A stretch of DNA of 64,000 bases from assembly GCA_951406725.2 (NCBI GenBank), contig OX597830.1:68572001-68636000 (forward strand). The letters are read 5' to 3'. Both the position numbers and the translations under genes were made by a program. Of this stretch, positions 12,305-25,492 are shown in pieces (the stretch's first letter is position 1; each line of letters starts with the position of its first letter). The notes under the pieces were generated by a model. It saw only the letters and a program-made list of their open reading frames with translations, did no database searches and was not told the origin of the DNA. This DNA comes from Octopus vulgaris (taxonomy: Eukaryota).

Positions 12305-12622
12305 GTTTGTTCTTAATTTGGATAGAATGATAATTTTGTTCATTTGGATGGAATGATGATTTTGTTATTACTGTTGTTTTTTCTGTTTCTGTTGTTATTA
12401 AAATGTGGTCTTTTGGCACGTATTAGTCCTCATAAAAAGAAACCCTGAATATAAGTAATCCAGCCTTTACTATCTTGTGTATCTAACAACTCAACCTTAT
12501 CCTGCAGTATCTGTCTCCATTTAAGCTGAAGGGGTGTGATTAGAGAGGGATATAACTTATATTTTTGATAGGTTGAGTGACAAGATAATTTGCTCCCACA
12601 TTGGCTTGCAACTCACCTATTA

Positions 12623-12874
12623 TTAGGTTGGTGCATTATTATTGTGGCTTTTTTTCAATAAATTTTATTTAACAAAAACAATAAAAACATTTAACAAATA
12701 ACATCTTTAAATGATTATTCTGACCGGCTGCCAAGCAAATGGGAAGCAGTAATTGAAGTAGATGGTGAATATGCTCCGGAATAATCATTTAAAGATGTTT
12801 TTGTTAAATGTTGTTATTGTTTTTGTTGAATAAAATTCATTGAAAAAAGCCGCAATAATTATGCACCAACCTAA
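12623..12874. mobile_element. Mariner-derived foldback MITE with TA target duplication and ~100-bp inverted arms
   Basis: ta|ttaggttggtgca ... tgcaccaacctaa|ta; arms are complementary. Confidence 0.92.
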
Positions 12875-13873
12875 TACTACAGTTGATAGTTTGAATTTAG
12901 AGCTGGTTTTCATAGCTTTGAGGATATTCATAGCTTTGACTGAAACTGATGACTCATCAGATTTCTGTTACACAATACTCAAATTTAAGGCAGTATGACA
13001 TGACACTGCTAATAATCAAGGCTCCATATTTGCTGGGGAATGATAGTGGATAAAGTTGAGGACATGCCTGAAGGTGTTTGGATTTCTTCTCTATTTCTTT
13101 TTCTATCCAATTTAAGGGATCAGATCAAGCAGTATCATGACTTACCCTTATGAAACAACACTAAAGCATATTGATAGAACTGGTTAATATGAATTAATCT
13201 GGTATGGGTTTAACCAATTCTGGGCCCACTGTCTCTGGTTGTTAACTTAATTCAAACACTGAAGTACTGGTGGTGGTTCAACAGGACCACTTGGTCCTTC
13301 ACAAACTTTAACAGAATCCACAACATTGCAAGCATTCAGGCCAGATTATCAATTTGGAAATAAAATGATGTCTTGATTCACAGCATTTTCAATTCATGGC
13401 ATCACTATTTACTAACAGATTGATGCTAAATGGTTCTCCAAAAGAGGCCTACCACCATATATGACAGAAATACTCTGAATAACATCTGTAGAGATAACTT
13501 CTATTTCTTGTCAGGTCTACCCACACTATAACTTTCAAGTTAACTATTTACAGGATCCAAGAATTGATTAACAACAACCCATGAGTTGGGGTTTATCCAA
13601 GAATTTCCCTCACCAATCTTCGATATCCTGTAAAGATTATGTGTTGTGCTCTTCCTCCTTTAATCAAGCTCCATTCCATCAAGAGGAACGTCCATCAGCT
13701 AACATCATTCATCATCTGTGTCACTAACAGAGTAACCTGGCTAACATTAATTCTAGTTAACATATCTTCCTAGTGAAATCAGTGTAGACCTTATATCATT
13801 CTCTAAATGTAATTTTCCTTGAATCACCATTACAAGTTTTATATAATATTTTTTTAAACAACTTTTTTCCTAG

Positions 13874-14037
13874 ATCAATACTAAAGCAACTGAAAGCTGA
13901 TATTGAAAAACAACAGGGAGCAAATGACTTGGTTGATTGTGTGTTTGATTCCATGGGACATCTAGATTTGATAACTGTATGTAATATACAATCACCAGAA
14001 GACTTTGATATCGCAATCATGAAAGCTTTGTTCAAAG
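13874..14037 (+). CDS. TRPM: TRPM exon: RSILKQLKADIEKQQGANDLVDCVFDSMGHLDLITVCNIQSPEDFDIAIMKALFK
   Basis: ttcctag acceptor, gtaag donor, phase 2 to 1; LITV...DxDxAILxALxK motif. Confidence 0.9.
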
Positions 14038-15149
14038 GTAAGAAATAATTTTAAAATTGAATTTTCATTCTTTTCTTTTTCACATTTTCCAGTGAGTTTG
14101 ACTTTCATTGAATATGTTCCTAACTTAGATTAATTATTATTAACATGCCAAAAAGTTAAGAGCTATTTTTAACATAAAATATTAAAAATCTAAATTAGGG
14201 TGAAATGTACAAGGAAAGAATAATAGTTAATGACTAATGTTATTATTTTTATATCTTTCACCAAGTTTTTGGATGTTAATCTTGGAATGTTGAAGCTTAA
14301 TTGAGCTTCATCAATAAGAAATCATTTGGCTGTATTAATAAATTTTCTGGAGAAGTTTCTGGAATGTGAGGGAATGGTATGTTATCATTAGCATTGTACT
14401 TTGTCTGTGATGAAGACATTTAACTCACAAATTCCCCTTTTCTATATTACTGTAAATAGGCACTAAATAGTAAAAGGAGTGTACTTCTGAAATTGTTAAC
14501 CCAATGAATATTTTTCCAGAAGAAATTGTCATTTAAATGATATACAAACTAGAGATAAGATGGGGTCTAGAGTCGGAACAACAGAAGCTTATGGAAAGGT
14601 GACTGTTACTGCTCTTTAGTAATAGCATCAAACTCACTGGTTTTATGAGACTTTGTGAAGACCGTGGAAATATAATAGTTAGATGTTAAAATATTAAGTA
14701 TTAATTATGGAATAATTATGAATTAACTACTAATATATTCAACATTTAATCACATCAGTTATTACAAAAAGCAATTTGCAGCAAAACATATTGCACTTTT
14801 TCCCCTCAAAATGGTTTTCATAATATCTAAGTAGCATTGCTGTGTCGCCAAAAATTCAGACAGTTTTATTAATTATCGAAAATGGCACAACAACAAAATA
14901 GGAGAACCCATTGCAAAATTTTAGGGATCTAATAAACAAATGTACATTCACAGACTTGAAGTTCTTGAAGAATCAGATATGGTTGTACTGTCATTTTGGA
15001 AGATATGGTCCACAATATGTGTATTTCTGTATGTGGGCATGTGTATGTGTGTGTGAGTGTACACATATACACTCACACAAACACACATACATACAAACAC
15101 ACACACACGCATATATACATATTTATGCATGTACACACATCTATGATCT

Positions 15150-15720
15150 TCGAAGCCTCAGAGAAGCAATGACTAGTGACTGAGACCTTCGGTGATATGT
15201 TGTGCTTGAGATGACTCGACAAGCCAAGGGAATTCCCAGTTGTGGCCGTTGGTGGTGTCATGTAAATTGCACCCATGAAATTGTTATCATGGCCGTTGCC
15301 AATAGCATGATCTTCGTATGGCAAACCTCACAGAAATAAAGGAGCCAGTAATGAAGCATGGGCCTCAGGGAGGCATGGACAAGCAACCTACAACATGGCG
15401 ATATGCTGTGCTTAAGAAAACTCATCAAACCAACTGAATCAGTTGTCATGGCCTTTGCCAGTGTTATGTAAATGGCACCTGTAAAATCGTAGTCATGGCC
15501 GTTACCGGTGTCGAGTACATCACACCCATCCTAGTGACATGCAAAACGCACCCATTACACTCTTGAAGTGTTTAGCATTAGGAAGAGCATCCACCTGTGG
15601 AAACCATTCCAAATAAAACAAGAAGCTGCTACAGATCTCTGGCTTACCAGTTGCAGTAAAATCGTCTAACCCATGCCAGCATGGAAAGTGAACATTAGAT
15701 GATGATGATGATGATGATGA
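15150..15720 (+). mobile_element. RTE 3'-end remnants, partly tandem
   Basis: gcaatgactag..gaccttcg..tgtgcttgaga unit occurs twice, followed by the (GAT)n-tailed terminus. Confidence 0.55.
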
Positions 15721-16199
15721 TATACACATATACATACATACATACATATATATATATATATTATATATATATATTATTCAAAGGAATTCCAACTCTGTTT
15801 TTTAAGTTTTACTTATATTCTTTATAATATTAATGTAGAATATAGAATATATAGTATAAATAATATATATAGGAAAATGAAATGAAGTATTGATTGTCTT
15901 ATTGAATAGATGAAATACTGAACATCAAATATTAAGGGACTAGTATACTTTCTTGCATTTAAGCAGTTTTCAAGGTCCCAGGTTGTGACAGGAATGTTTC
16001 AACTGTAGTTGACTGCCTGTCTTTTGTTCTTTATATACGTTCCTGTGGACAGCAGTAGTAGTTGCTTGGCTATTTTTAGAGATGATGCCAAACCATTTTT
16101 CAGTGTTTATTCTTAGAAATGATGACAGCAGAACTTTTTAGGGATTTTTATTTTTTAGGTATAGGGATAAGATTTTTAAACCTTAAATAAGATTAATTT

Positions 16200-16930
16200 A
16201 ATCATTACTTATTAAGCTTCGGTTTGAATTTATTAATTTTCTCTCAGTTTTCTCTCGATTTTGTTCAGATTGTATAGTTTATGAAATGGAAATATCCTAA
16301 ATGTTTTCCGACCACATGTTGCCAGATGGTTACGCAGTGGTATCTGACGGACTTCTGGATTTTTAATTTGTTGTCAATGCATACGCGAGCGTTCTAATAG
16401 TGCATTGCCTGTCGTGCCAACGTACAGTTCTTCACAATTTGGGCATTTGATGCAGTAGATTAAATTTCTGCTTTTGCAGTTCATGTTCACGTTTGTGAAT
16501 ATATTTTCCCTGTTTTTGTGTTCATACATGGGCCAGTATGAATTAATTGGCATGTACCACATCAGCTATCATTGCATTTAGACACAGTGAATGGTTGATC
16601 TTTGTTGCTAAGGTCAAACCTTGCCTTAGTTAATAACTTTTTCAAACTTTTAGGCTGTCTCTTGCTGAGAGTTATAGTTTGATCTGTAATGATATCTCTT
16701 AATTCTTTACTTTATGCAATGATTGGTAGGTTTGCTTTAGCGATATTGAAGATGTTCTAGTGGCATGGATTGTGTGTCACTATAAATGGTATGATTTGTT
16801 CTTGTTTTTCTCTTCTTTGTGGTGTCCTCAGTTGTTGTATGGGTATTTTCATAGCCTGCTGAATACCATTTTCTATAAGTAGTTTTGTTTGAGCAGAAAT
16901 TCTTTCAGTTCCATCAGGCACTGATTTTGA
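16200..16930 (-). mobile_element. Penelope-like element fragment (RT thumb/linker and GIY-YIG endonuclease)
   Basis: MNCKSRNLIYCIKCPNCEELYVGTTGNALLERSRMH ... INKFKPKLN. Confidence 0.82.
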
Positions 16931-17314
16931 ATATCGACTGATGGTTTATTTTAAAATCTATATTAAAGGAAGAAAAGAATTGAAAGAAGTCACGCTTACA
17001 TCGAAGAGAAAAAGAATTGACCGTCTACTAAATAACGTATTTTCAGACGGAACTCAGTGGCAAGTATAGATATATATATATATATACATATATTTATTAT
17101 TTTATCAATTCATGTAATGAACCATTAATAAATTGATTTTAATTTCTCTTTCCTGAGAAGAAAAGTAAAATTACATAGGTAAAATATGTATTTTAAAGAT
17201 TGTTTACTGAAAGTTTTTAAAATTTTATGCTTGTAAAATATTCATTGTTTGTTTTACTAACATTTTCACCAGTCTTTCCTCTCTCTTGCATTCTCTATGC
17301 ATCTACACACACAA

Positions 17315-17365
<51 letters not shown>

Positions 17366-17878
17366 ATGATAAATTGTGCAAAGGTTACAAAAATTACAAC
17401 ACAATGGCAGCGTAAAACAAAAACACAGAGTTGGTATTAGTTTGATGCTCAGTAAATGATGGAAAAAAGCAGTAAGAAGGAATAATCTGTAATATTTCGA
17501 TTATTTGCTCATCTTCTGAAAGATAGGAGAGACATGGAAATACCAAATAGGAAAAGGTAAATTGGAGAAATTGAAACACACATGTATCTAACTATCTCAG
17601 TATGATGGATAACTGGAATTAGTCTGGCATATGTGTGTGTATATGTGTGTGAGTATATATGTGCACTTTCTTGCTTGCTTCTATGTATAGATAAGGCTAT
17701 TGTGTACCTGTATATTCTCTGTGTGTGTGTGTATGTTTATATCTGTTGATATGTTTGTGTATGAATAGTATGTAGAAATGTGTGAGGCGGGTGGTGTGTG
17801 TATGAAGAAGGGTGGTAAGTAAATAAAGAGCATTGAGTACTAAGATGGAAGAAAAGTATGCACAAAAAATTAATTCCT

Positions 17879-17970
<92 letters not shown>

Positions 17971-18149
17971 GAGTAAGGGTGCAGAGCAGCATCTACATTG
18001 CTTGAAGCAAGAGTCCAAGACATTTTAGTCATGAACAAAGCACATTTCTCTGTGAGGGGGACAAACTTCTCACAGCAAGTGAGGGCATCGGATTGAGATA
18101 GGACAACCAATTTCACATGAAATTCATGCTCATCCATAATACCACTCCA

Positions 18150-18995
18150 TTGCTAATGGTTAAGCTGAAATCTCACCTGTCAGTATATAGACATTGGAAA
18201 AATGCATGCAGGACAGTTTTTTCATCCTCCGCATACCTCAGAGCCGTCTGTCTGACAGCATTTCCATGTCTGAAATAGCAGAGATCTCCAGTAGAACTGC
18301 CAGGCCAAAGATTCCTGGAAGATCGCCACAGAACCCAGCCCAAAAGCCCTCCAAGAAAGAGTCACTAGCTGATTCCTCCAGAGGTCCAGAATTTCTCTGA
18401 GGACGTCGCCGCTTTTGCCCGCTACTAATCTCCTTTAGAAGTCTACAGTGGAACTTCTACCGACCGCATTGCCTAACTGGCACAAACTTGTGAGCGTTTG
18501 CCAATCGTCCTTTCTTGGCCTTTGCATGAACTAGGAGTGCAGCTCTGTCAATGAGACAAACTGTGGAAAGTCCTGCCCGAAAAATGGTGACCACACCCAC
18601 TGACCGTTAAGAAAGTGCTGAACATACTGCAGCCTCAGTGCATGTCTGTGCATCATTAGTCATGGCATACCCACTCCTCCACTCAATGACTGTTGACTGA
18701 AGATGGACCGTCGGACAAGAGGAACACATGCCTTGCACAGAAATTAGGAGAGCAAGCGCATCCAATGTGATCAGACACAAAGTGATGCAAGAGACGACTG
18801 TCAGGCTGTAGTAGATGACGGAAGTGAAGTATGTAGTCGCCATCTCCACCTGACCCTTCATAGACAACTCCATCTCTGCCCATTTCTTGATGAAATTGGC
18901 CACCCTGCTCATCACACCCCATCAGTTCTTGACCACATGGAGTTCTAGACCAAACTGGATCACGAGCAGCTTAACTGGTCCTTCCGTCAATCACA
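18150..18995 (-). mobile_element. Highly degenerate Tx1-like LINE fragment
   Basis: ELSMKGQVEMATTYFTSVIYYSLTVVSC matches KLSLKGRAEIAEVFIASVITYHLTVVPC of the 41-4837 copy. Confidence 0.7.
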
Positions 18996-19049
18996 TTTCA
19001 ACACTGTCATGGCATGGCCTGCCTCATTCGTCTTCCACTTATAATTAAA

Positions 19050-20420
19050 CATTAGAAATATCTCATTTTGAGAACAATTTATCACCATTTAATTTCGAGA
19101 ATATTTCATCTGGGCTATGTTATGGGCAGTTATACTGTCTTAAACATTTATTTAGTCACGTCGATAAATCTGCACATACATGAACTTTATTATTATTCTT
19201 GTTTACATACATTATTTGAGAATAGACAATATGTTCAATCATTCCCATTTTGTCCAGTCTTTCTAATTGTTCCAGGGCAGCACACGATATATTGCGTTTG
19301 GGTTTGAAAACTGGTAATGAATTTCCCCTTACCTGAAATTTGGCTTAAAATTTATTGCACCAACCCAACTCATCCGAAAAAATATCAGTGAACAACCTTT
19401 TCACTTCTTTTAACAATATTTCTGATTCTGAATTAGAACTGGTGCACAACTGCATTACATATTTATGATAATTATTTATGGGTAAATCCGATAAGTTGAA
19501 CAATTCTATCCAGTCAGTTATAAAAAGGTTGCTCGTATGATTTTAATACATAAGCTTTCGCTTTTATAATCGTACTGCGAAATTTAATGCTACAGATAGT
19601 TTCACCTTTAAAATTTAATTTAATTCCTGAGACTCCACGTGCAATTTTCGAGGTTTCTTGTAACGTAGGTTTCCCAATAGTTTTTCATGTGGTTTCATTA
19701 ACTAAAGTAATGTCACTACCTGCATCTTACTGTAATTTTACATTTGTGTTATTAATTTTTACATCCCCAAATTTCTTTTGAGTATCGTTTGTATTTCCTG
19801 TCACTGATAAACAATTTACATGATTTTTTTTGTTGAACTATCTTCTAAGTTTTGTTTTAGAGTGTGATTTTTTTTTACCTATCTTACCGCATTTGAAGCA
19901 TTTTTGCCAGTCGAATCTGTTGTGTAATTCTCCACATCCAAAACATGGGTTAATTTTCTACTTTTCATTTCTTACTTTAAGCCACACTGACTGTAAATTT
20001 TCTCCTTTACATTACTTACTTTTGTTTGCAACGACTGTAAATGAGAGCAATTTCTTATACTAATTTGTTCCGTATCGTGCCTTAGACTTATTATTCTCAG
20101 GCATTCCTCGGATATTTCTTGTAGAGTTAGCTTCTGATTCTGCTCTAATTTAGTCAGAATTCGGCTATGAATTTCCGCATCTTTCTTTGCTGTAAAACCT
20201 TATAAGAAAATTAAGCATTCAAACATAATTCAATTTTGGTATGAGAAGTGGTATTAATTTTTTAATTTTGAATCACTTCCATTTCCTATTAACGATTCCA
20301 GCATATGTAATAAAATCTTTGTCCTCCTTTTTGTAATATTCATGCATTGCCAGCGTGTATTAAATAAAGAGCATTTTTCATGGAAAATCTTTGATAGCAT
20401 GTTCACCATTTCTTCAGAAT
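19050..20420 (-). mobile_element. Degenerate Gypsy gag-protease-RT remnant
   Basis: Minus strand: CFGCG and CFKCGKIG knuckles, protease DAGSDITLVNETTWKTIGKP, pre-RT PVFKPKR. Confidence 0.75.
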
Positions 20421-20434
20421 AGGTTTCACCTTCT

Positions 20435-20800
20435 TATTCTTTTACTTGTTTCAGTCATTTGACTTCGGCCATGCTGAAACACCGTCTTTAGTCGAACAAA
20501 TCAACCCCAGGAACTTATTCTTTGTAAGCCTAGTACTTATTGATCGGTCTCTTTTGCTGAACCGCTAAGTTACGGGACATAAACATACCAACATCAGTTG
20601 TCAAGCGATGGGGGAAGGACAAACACACACACACACATAAAGGATGGGCTTCTTTCAGTTTCCGTCTATCAAATCTACCCACAAGACTTCAGTCGGTTGA
20701 GGCTATAGTAGAAGATAGTTGCCCAAAGTGTAATGCAGTGAGACTGAACCTGGAAACGTGTGGTTGGGAAGCAAGCTTCTTACCACAAAGCCACTCTTGC
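20435..20800 (-). mobile_element. tRNA-derived SINE, family A (internal CA/TA microsatellite)
   Basis: A/B-box-like head and gactgaaacaagtaaaa tail; close to copies at 44080 and 56918. Confidence 0.85.
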
Positions 20801-20895
20801 TCGGCTGGTGCCAACTTTCTCAAAAATAGTCAAATTTTGTCAATGAGGAGGTCCAACAAAACCTGTGATAAACAAATAATAATAATAATAATAAT

Positions 20896-21457
20896 CTGAT
20901 AGCACAGGAATCTAAGGCCCAAACAATAATACCAGTGATATCAGTAATAATGATAATGAAAGGAGTGAGTAGAGTCTCCCCGAGTCTCTCCATGTCCTGA
21001 TTAATGATACATCTAGTGATGGTGTCACAATAAAAGCACTGGCAATTGTGCAACCTGATAATCACTACCTCATATGAGTGACAATGAATAAACAAAATAT
21101 CGTGAATAATGGTGGTAATGAAACTGAAGCCACTGACAGTGACAGTGGTACACCCGGTGGGCTTAGAGATTCTGGAAAGGGGCCACCTCACACGGTATAG
21201 ATGGAGCAAGCAAATTAATGCTGTGTTCATGGTGTGTTACTACCTAAGCAACCCAGTAGATGAAAATGGTGCTCAACAAATAGGGGCTGCAATAAGGGTG
21301 GAGCACTTGCAGAAAACAGCACTGCTTGGAACCTCTCGAATACTCCGGAAGGTGCTTGAAAAATAAGATGTGTTACCTTAGTTCACTGGTAGTGAACAGC
21401 TGACACTGTTGTACATCTCCAGCGTTAGAAGCTGTGTAAAGGCACTAATAATAATAA
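20896..21457 (+). mobile_element. Internally deleted R4/Dong-like element between (AAT)n runs
   Basis: RYRWSKQINAVFMVCYYLSNP fused in frame to LQKTALLGTSRILRKVL*; AAT repeats on both sides. Confidence 0.65.
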
Positions 21458-21459
21458 AA

Positions 21460-21815
21460 GAAGCATCAGATGTGGTGTGCAAGAGAGATGACCGTGCTGG
21501 TATGGTCATGTGGCAAGAATGGATGAGGATAGCTGTGTGAAAAAGTGCCACACCCTAGCAGTTTAGGGAACCAGTGGAAAAGGTAGACCCAGGAAGACCT
21601 GGGATGAAGTGGTGAAGCACGACCTTCGAACATTAGGCCTCACCGAGGCAATGACTAGCGACCGAGACTTTTGGAAATATGCTGTGCTTGAGAATACCCG
21701 GCAAGCCAAGTAAGACCACAACCTCATGGCCTACACTAGGGGTGTAACTAGGCCACTTATGCATACCTTTCCTTCATTGGAAACTAAACTCTGCTTGTGA
21801 AGACCTGTTGGTCAA
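21460..21815 (+). mobile_element. RTE-clade LINE 3' fragment
   Basis: WYGHVARMDEDSCVKKCHTL...GRPRKTWDEVVKHDLRTLGL. Confidence 0.85.
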
Positions 21816-22899
21816 ACTATTGTCCAAAAAGAAGTGAAGAAATTGTCAAGGTACAAAAATCTAAGTTACTAATTAGTTTGTCTAAACTAACAGATGTCAC
21901 TCTGGCATTCCTTTTTAGAGGAACCCACCATATGTCATGGATGATAGCTACTGTTAATTCCTGTTTGACCAGCATTCTAACACAATCCCTGACATCATTC
22001 CGTGCTGAGAACTGTAAAGTTCTTGAATTTGTGTTCGGGGAAGCCAGCAATCTGAATCTGTGAACAATTCATATCATGGTCACATACTACCCTAATGAAG
22101 ACCCTCTCTAAATATGACCTGCATGATCCACTGCAATTTGACCAAGTTCACAAGACCGTATTCAGGATATCGAGGCAAAGTCTATCAGATATTTAAGAAT
22201 ACTTAAGAAGTTATATGAGACTTTGGTATTTCACTCCCACATCAGCTTTTCTCATATAATCTTTGCTTGAATCCGATTAACACTAATGACCGGGATGTTA
22301 CTACAGTGGTTGTGCAGTTGTCGGTATTTTGTTAAGAATATCATTTATTTCCTAATGTGTTACTGCTTTGATATGCCACTGACAAACTGATAAAAGAGAA
22401 GCTCATAAAATGTGGTCCTTTCTTTCTCGTACTTGTGTCTATCTTTTCTATGAGCTCTATTTTTTTGTACTCCAGTATTTGAGAATTTGCGATGTATGCA
22501 GGGTTACACAATATCTTAAGGATCTTTCTTTAATTGTCCCATGTAGTTTGCTATACATTCTGGGTTTGTTATTGAATAAATTTCTCTTGATTGCACAAAT
22601 AAATCATTTTGTTTTTATTTCGAAGAGCTGCTTTTTTTTCCCAAACAACGTATATCTTATTGTTCTGACAGATTTAAACATAAATGACTGTTGGGCCTGC
22701 CACATGTTTCCATTCTTGTTTCTGTTGCTATTTTGTAGTTTGGTCTTTATTAATATTGTTTCATTGATTTATAGATAGAAAGATTTTCCTCCCTCCTTTT
22801 ATTTGTGATAAGGTTCTCAGAGTATTTTACTCTTTTTGCTTTTAAATTAAATTTACTCATGTCAAACCACCTGATTTTGAAAAATAGGCATGTACGTGT

Positions 22900-22939
<40 letters not shown>

Positions 22940-25112
22940 TTGAACATTTCAAACTAAAAGGAAAGAAATCAAAATGAATTGGTTCCTTCAGTTACATCTA
23001 TATTTGTGCGTTGTTGGGATTATTAGATGTGGTTATTCTTCTTTCTCTCTTGCTTGCTACTGTTCTATATTCACCCCTTCAAATTTATATTCTATTAAAC
23101 CCTTGTTTTTAATAGCTATTTTTTCAGTAGTTAGCATGATTCTGTTTTATTTTCTAGTGTGGAAGAAGAAAGAAGAATAATGAGTAAGTAGACAGACATT
23201 TCCAGATAATTTTTATTCATCATATTTCGAAACCCCACTAAACCACTAAACCTTTGAATATCTGATTCTTAAAGAATTTAAATATCAATTTTTATTCTTA
23301 TATATTTGGACAATTTAAACAATAATAAACAACCTCAAGACAATTAGAGCATTAATAACTTAAAGTTAATTTCGTACAAATTATAAATACCATAAATGCC
23401 TAATCACTACATGATGTTGAAAGAATTGGAAAAGGAAAATGTAAGGTAAAAGGCTAATAATAATGAGATACCATCATTACAATAAAGCAACTAATACAAT
23501 ATAGTCCAAGAAAATATTCTCCAGATAAACTCCCTGAGATGCAGAGAGTATGCAGCACAGATATTCACTATTACATTCGTAGATAATTTGAAACAATGAA
23601 ACAACTGAAATTTGTTAAAGACTTTATTAGAAGACCGTATTTCATGTATTTTGGAGTGAAATTAAGTGATCAAAACAAACTCTGAATCATTTCATTTACT
23701 GAACTTGTAATATAAATCTGAAGCAATGGACCAAAAATAAAAGAAAGAGAATGAGTTTTATTGGACAAGTGGTCTGCTGAGAACTAACAAATCATTTTGA
23801 CAATTCCTATTTTTGTATTTTTTTATGCTGGATACAAATCGAAAATGAATTACTCTTGTTCTTGACATTTAAAGCTGAGCCTCATTGACCTGAATTGTAT
23901 GTTGTTATATCTAATAAGTTTTTAATGATCTGGAAGTCCTGTGAACAAAACTTATGCACAACCTGCTGATCTAGACTGAATTAAATGACTTAGTGTGTAA
24001 GTTAGATCTTTCAGTGACATCAGCAAAATGATTAAGCTCCAGCTTGAATCAAAATATCCTCCTAGCTTTGAGAACAGAATTTGGTTTTTATTGACAAGAG
24101 GAAAACATTTGCAGTTCTTCAGTATGGAAAGAGCACTGTTTAATTTAAACAGTTTAATTAATGGGCTTAAGATAACACTAATGATAGATTAGCCAATTAA
24201 GAATTTTTTTTAATGTTTTGAGAAAAACTCTAGCATTCCTAAAAGCTGAGGAAAAGCATCAAAAGAAAATTGATATTTGGATGATGAAATACAAACATAT
24301 CAAACAGTTGTTGTTTTCTAGCAATAGAACAAAACGAAAATTCAACAATCCAAGAAAGGAGATCTGCTTTCTTTAACAGTGCACATACTAACCTGACACT
24401 GTTTTTTTTTCTATTATTCTAATTCTTCAGATATTGAATTAACATAAAACGTGAACATTGATGGCTGAGAGTGAATTTTATCTACAATATAGCAGTGTTA
24501 AACTATTATATGTATTATCTCAATGATACTTGGTGTATTTCACTGTTTCATTATGGCAGGATAATGCAAGGGTGACTACATTTCTGTTATGAAAATATAC
24601 CAACTTTTAATAAATTTATACAAAATCTAATTTTCATAAATGTACACATAGTGCTGTGCTACATGTAAATAAAAAGAGCTCAGTATTTCTTTAAAATAGT
24701 TAAAATGACTTTTCTGTTTATTATACTATATAAAAGCAACACCACTTCTACTTATATGTGCGTTTTGTGTTCACCATATTAATGAAATATAAAACTGTTT
24801 TTTGAAAAGTCTTGTCATGATATCATCATCATCATCATCATCATCATCATCTCATCATCATCAACATTCTGTATGTATTATGTATGTATGGATGTGTCTA
24901 TGTATCAATGGTTTCAAGCTATTTATTTTCATCCTCAGTAGAGGACCCGTCTGCTAGAGATAGCAGTAGTTCATTCCACCACGGAGCTCAAGTAGCTTGA
25001 AATTGGAGGGTCAAGTGGTCATGTCATCTGCTACAAGATAATAATGGTTTGCTTGCCTGCTTGAAATATATATTGGGTGCAGATTGCCTCACTAACCAGC
25101 TGTAAACATTAT

Positions 25113-25492
25113 ATGTAAACATTGGCAAAAACACACCTTTAGTGCATATAAGTAATCTCTATCATTATATATAATTTAAACATTAATTTCCTTTATATTT
25201 AACATTCACTATTAATATCCCTACTCTTTCTGTAAGCTACTTCTGACGTTATATTATATAACGTTTTTTTAAACAATATATATAGCGTTCAGTTAATCAC
25301 TATACAAATCCATCATTTTTTGCTAAAATGTCTTATTGACGAGTTTTGTTTTTTCACTTTCCTGAAGAGAAGATTGCATTGTTTATACCATTTATTCTTT
25401 TGAATAATATCAGTGGAATTTTCGAAACATGTGTCGAAAGTAAAAATATTTGATTTATACCTGAGTTAAACTCCAGGTATATATTTATTCAT
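25113..25492 (+). mobile_element. Penelope-like 3' terminal (pLTR) fragment
   Basis: Highly similar to 48765-49138; begins with CKHWQKHTFSAYK*. Confidence 0.85.
25350..25446 (+). ncRNA. Type I hammerhead ribozyme, intact core
   Basis: Stem I ACUUUC/GAAAGU, CUGAAGA, stem II GAAGAUU../..AAUUUUC, GAAA, minimal stem III ACAUGUGU, GUC cleavage site at 25435. Confidence 0.85.

Noticed and set aside
12940-12965. CTGATGA within gaaactgatgactcatcagatttc
   Set aside because: Short palindrome; no stem II/GAAA/UH arrangement
14510-14600. ttttccag...gtgact as the possible next TRPM exon
   Set aside because: Stop codon in the required phase and no TRPM similarity; candidates near 24430 and 30733 fail likewise
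23560-24370. LKFVKDFIRR resembling the TRPM MHR motif FVKLL
   Set aside because: Stops in frame and no suitable splice sites; may be an old transposon remnant, but not assignable
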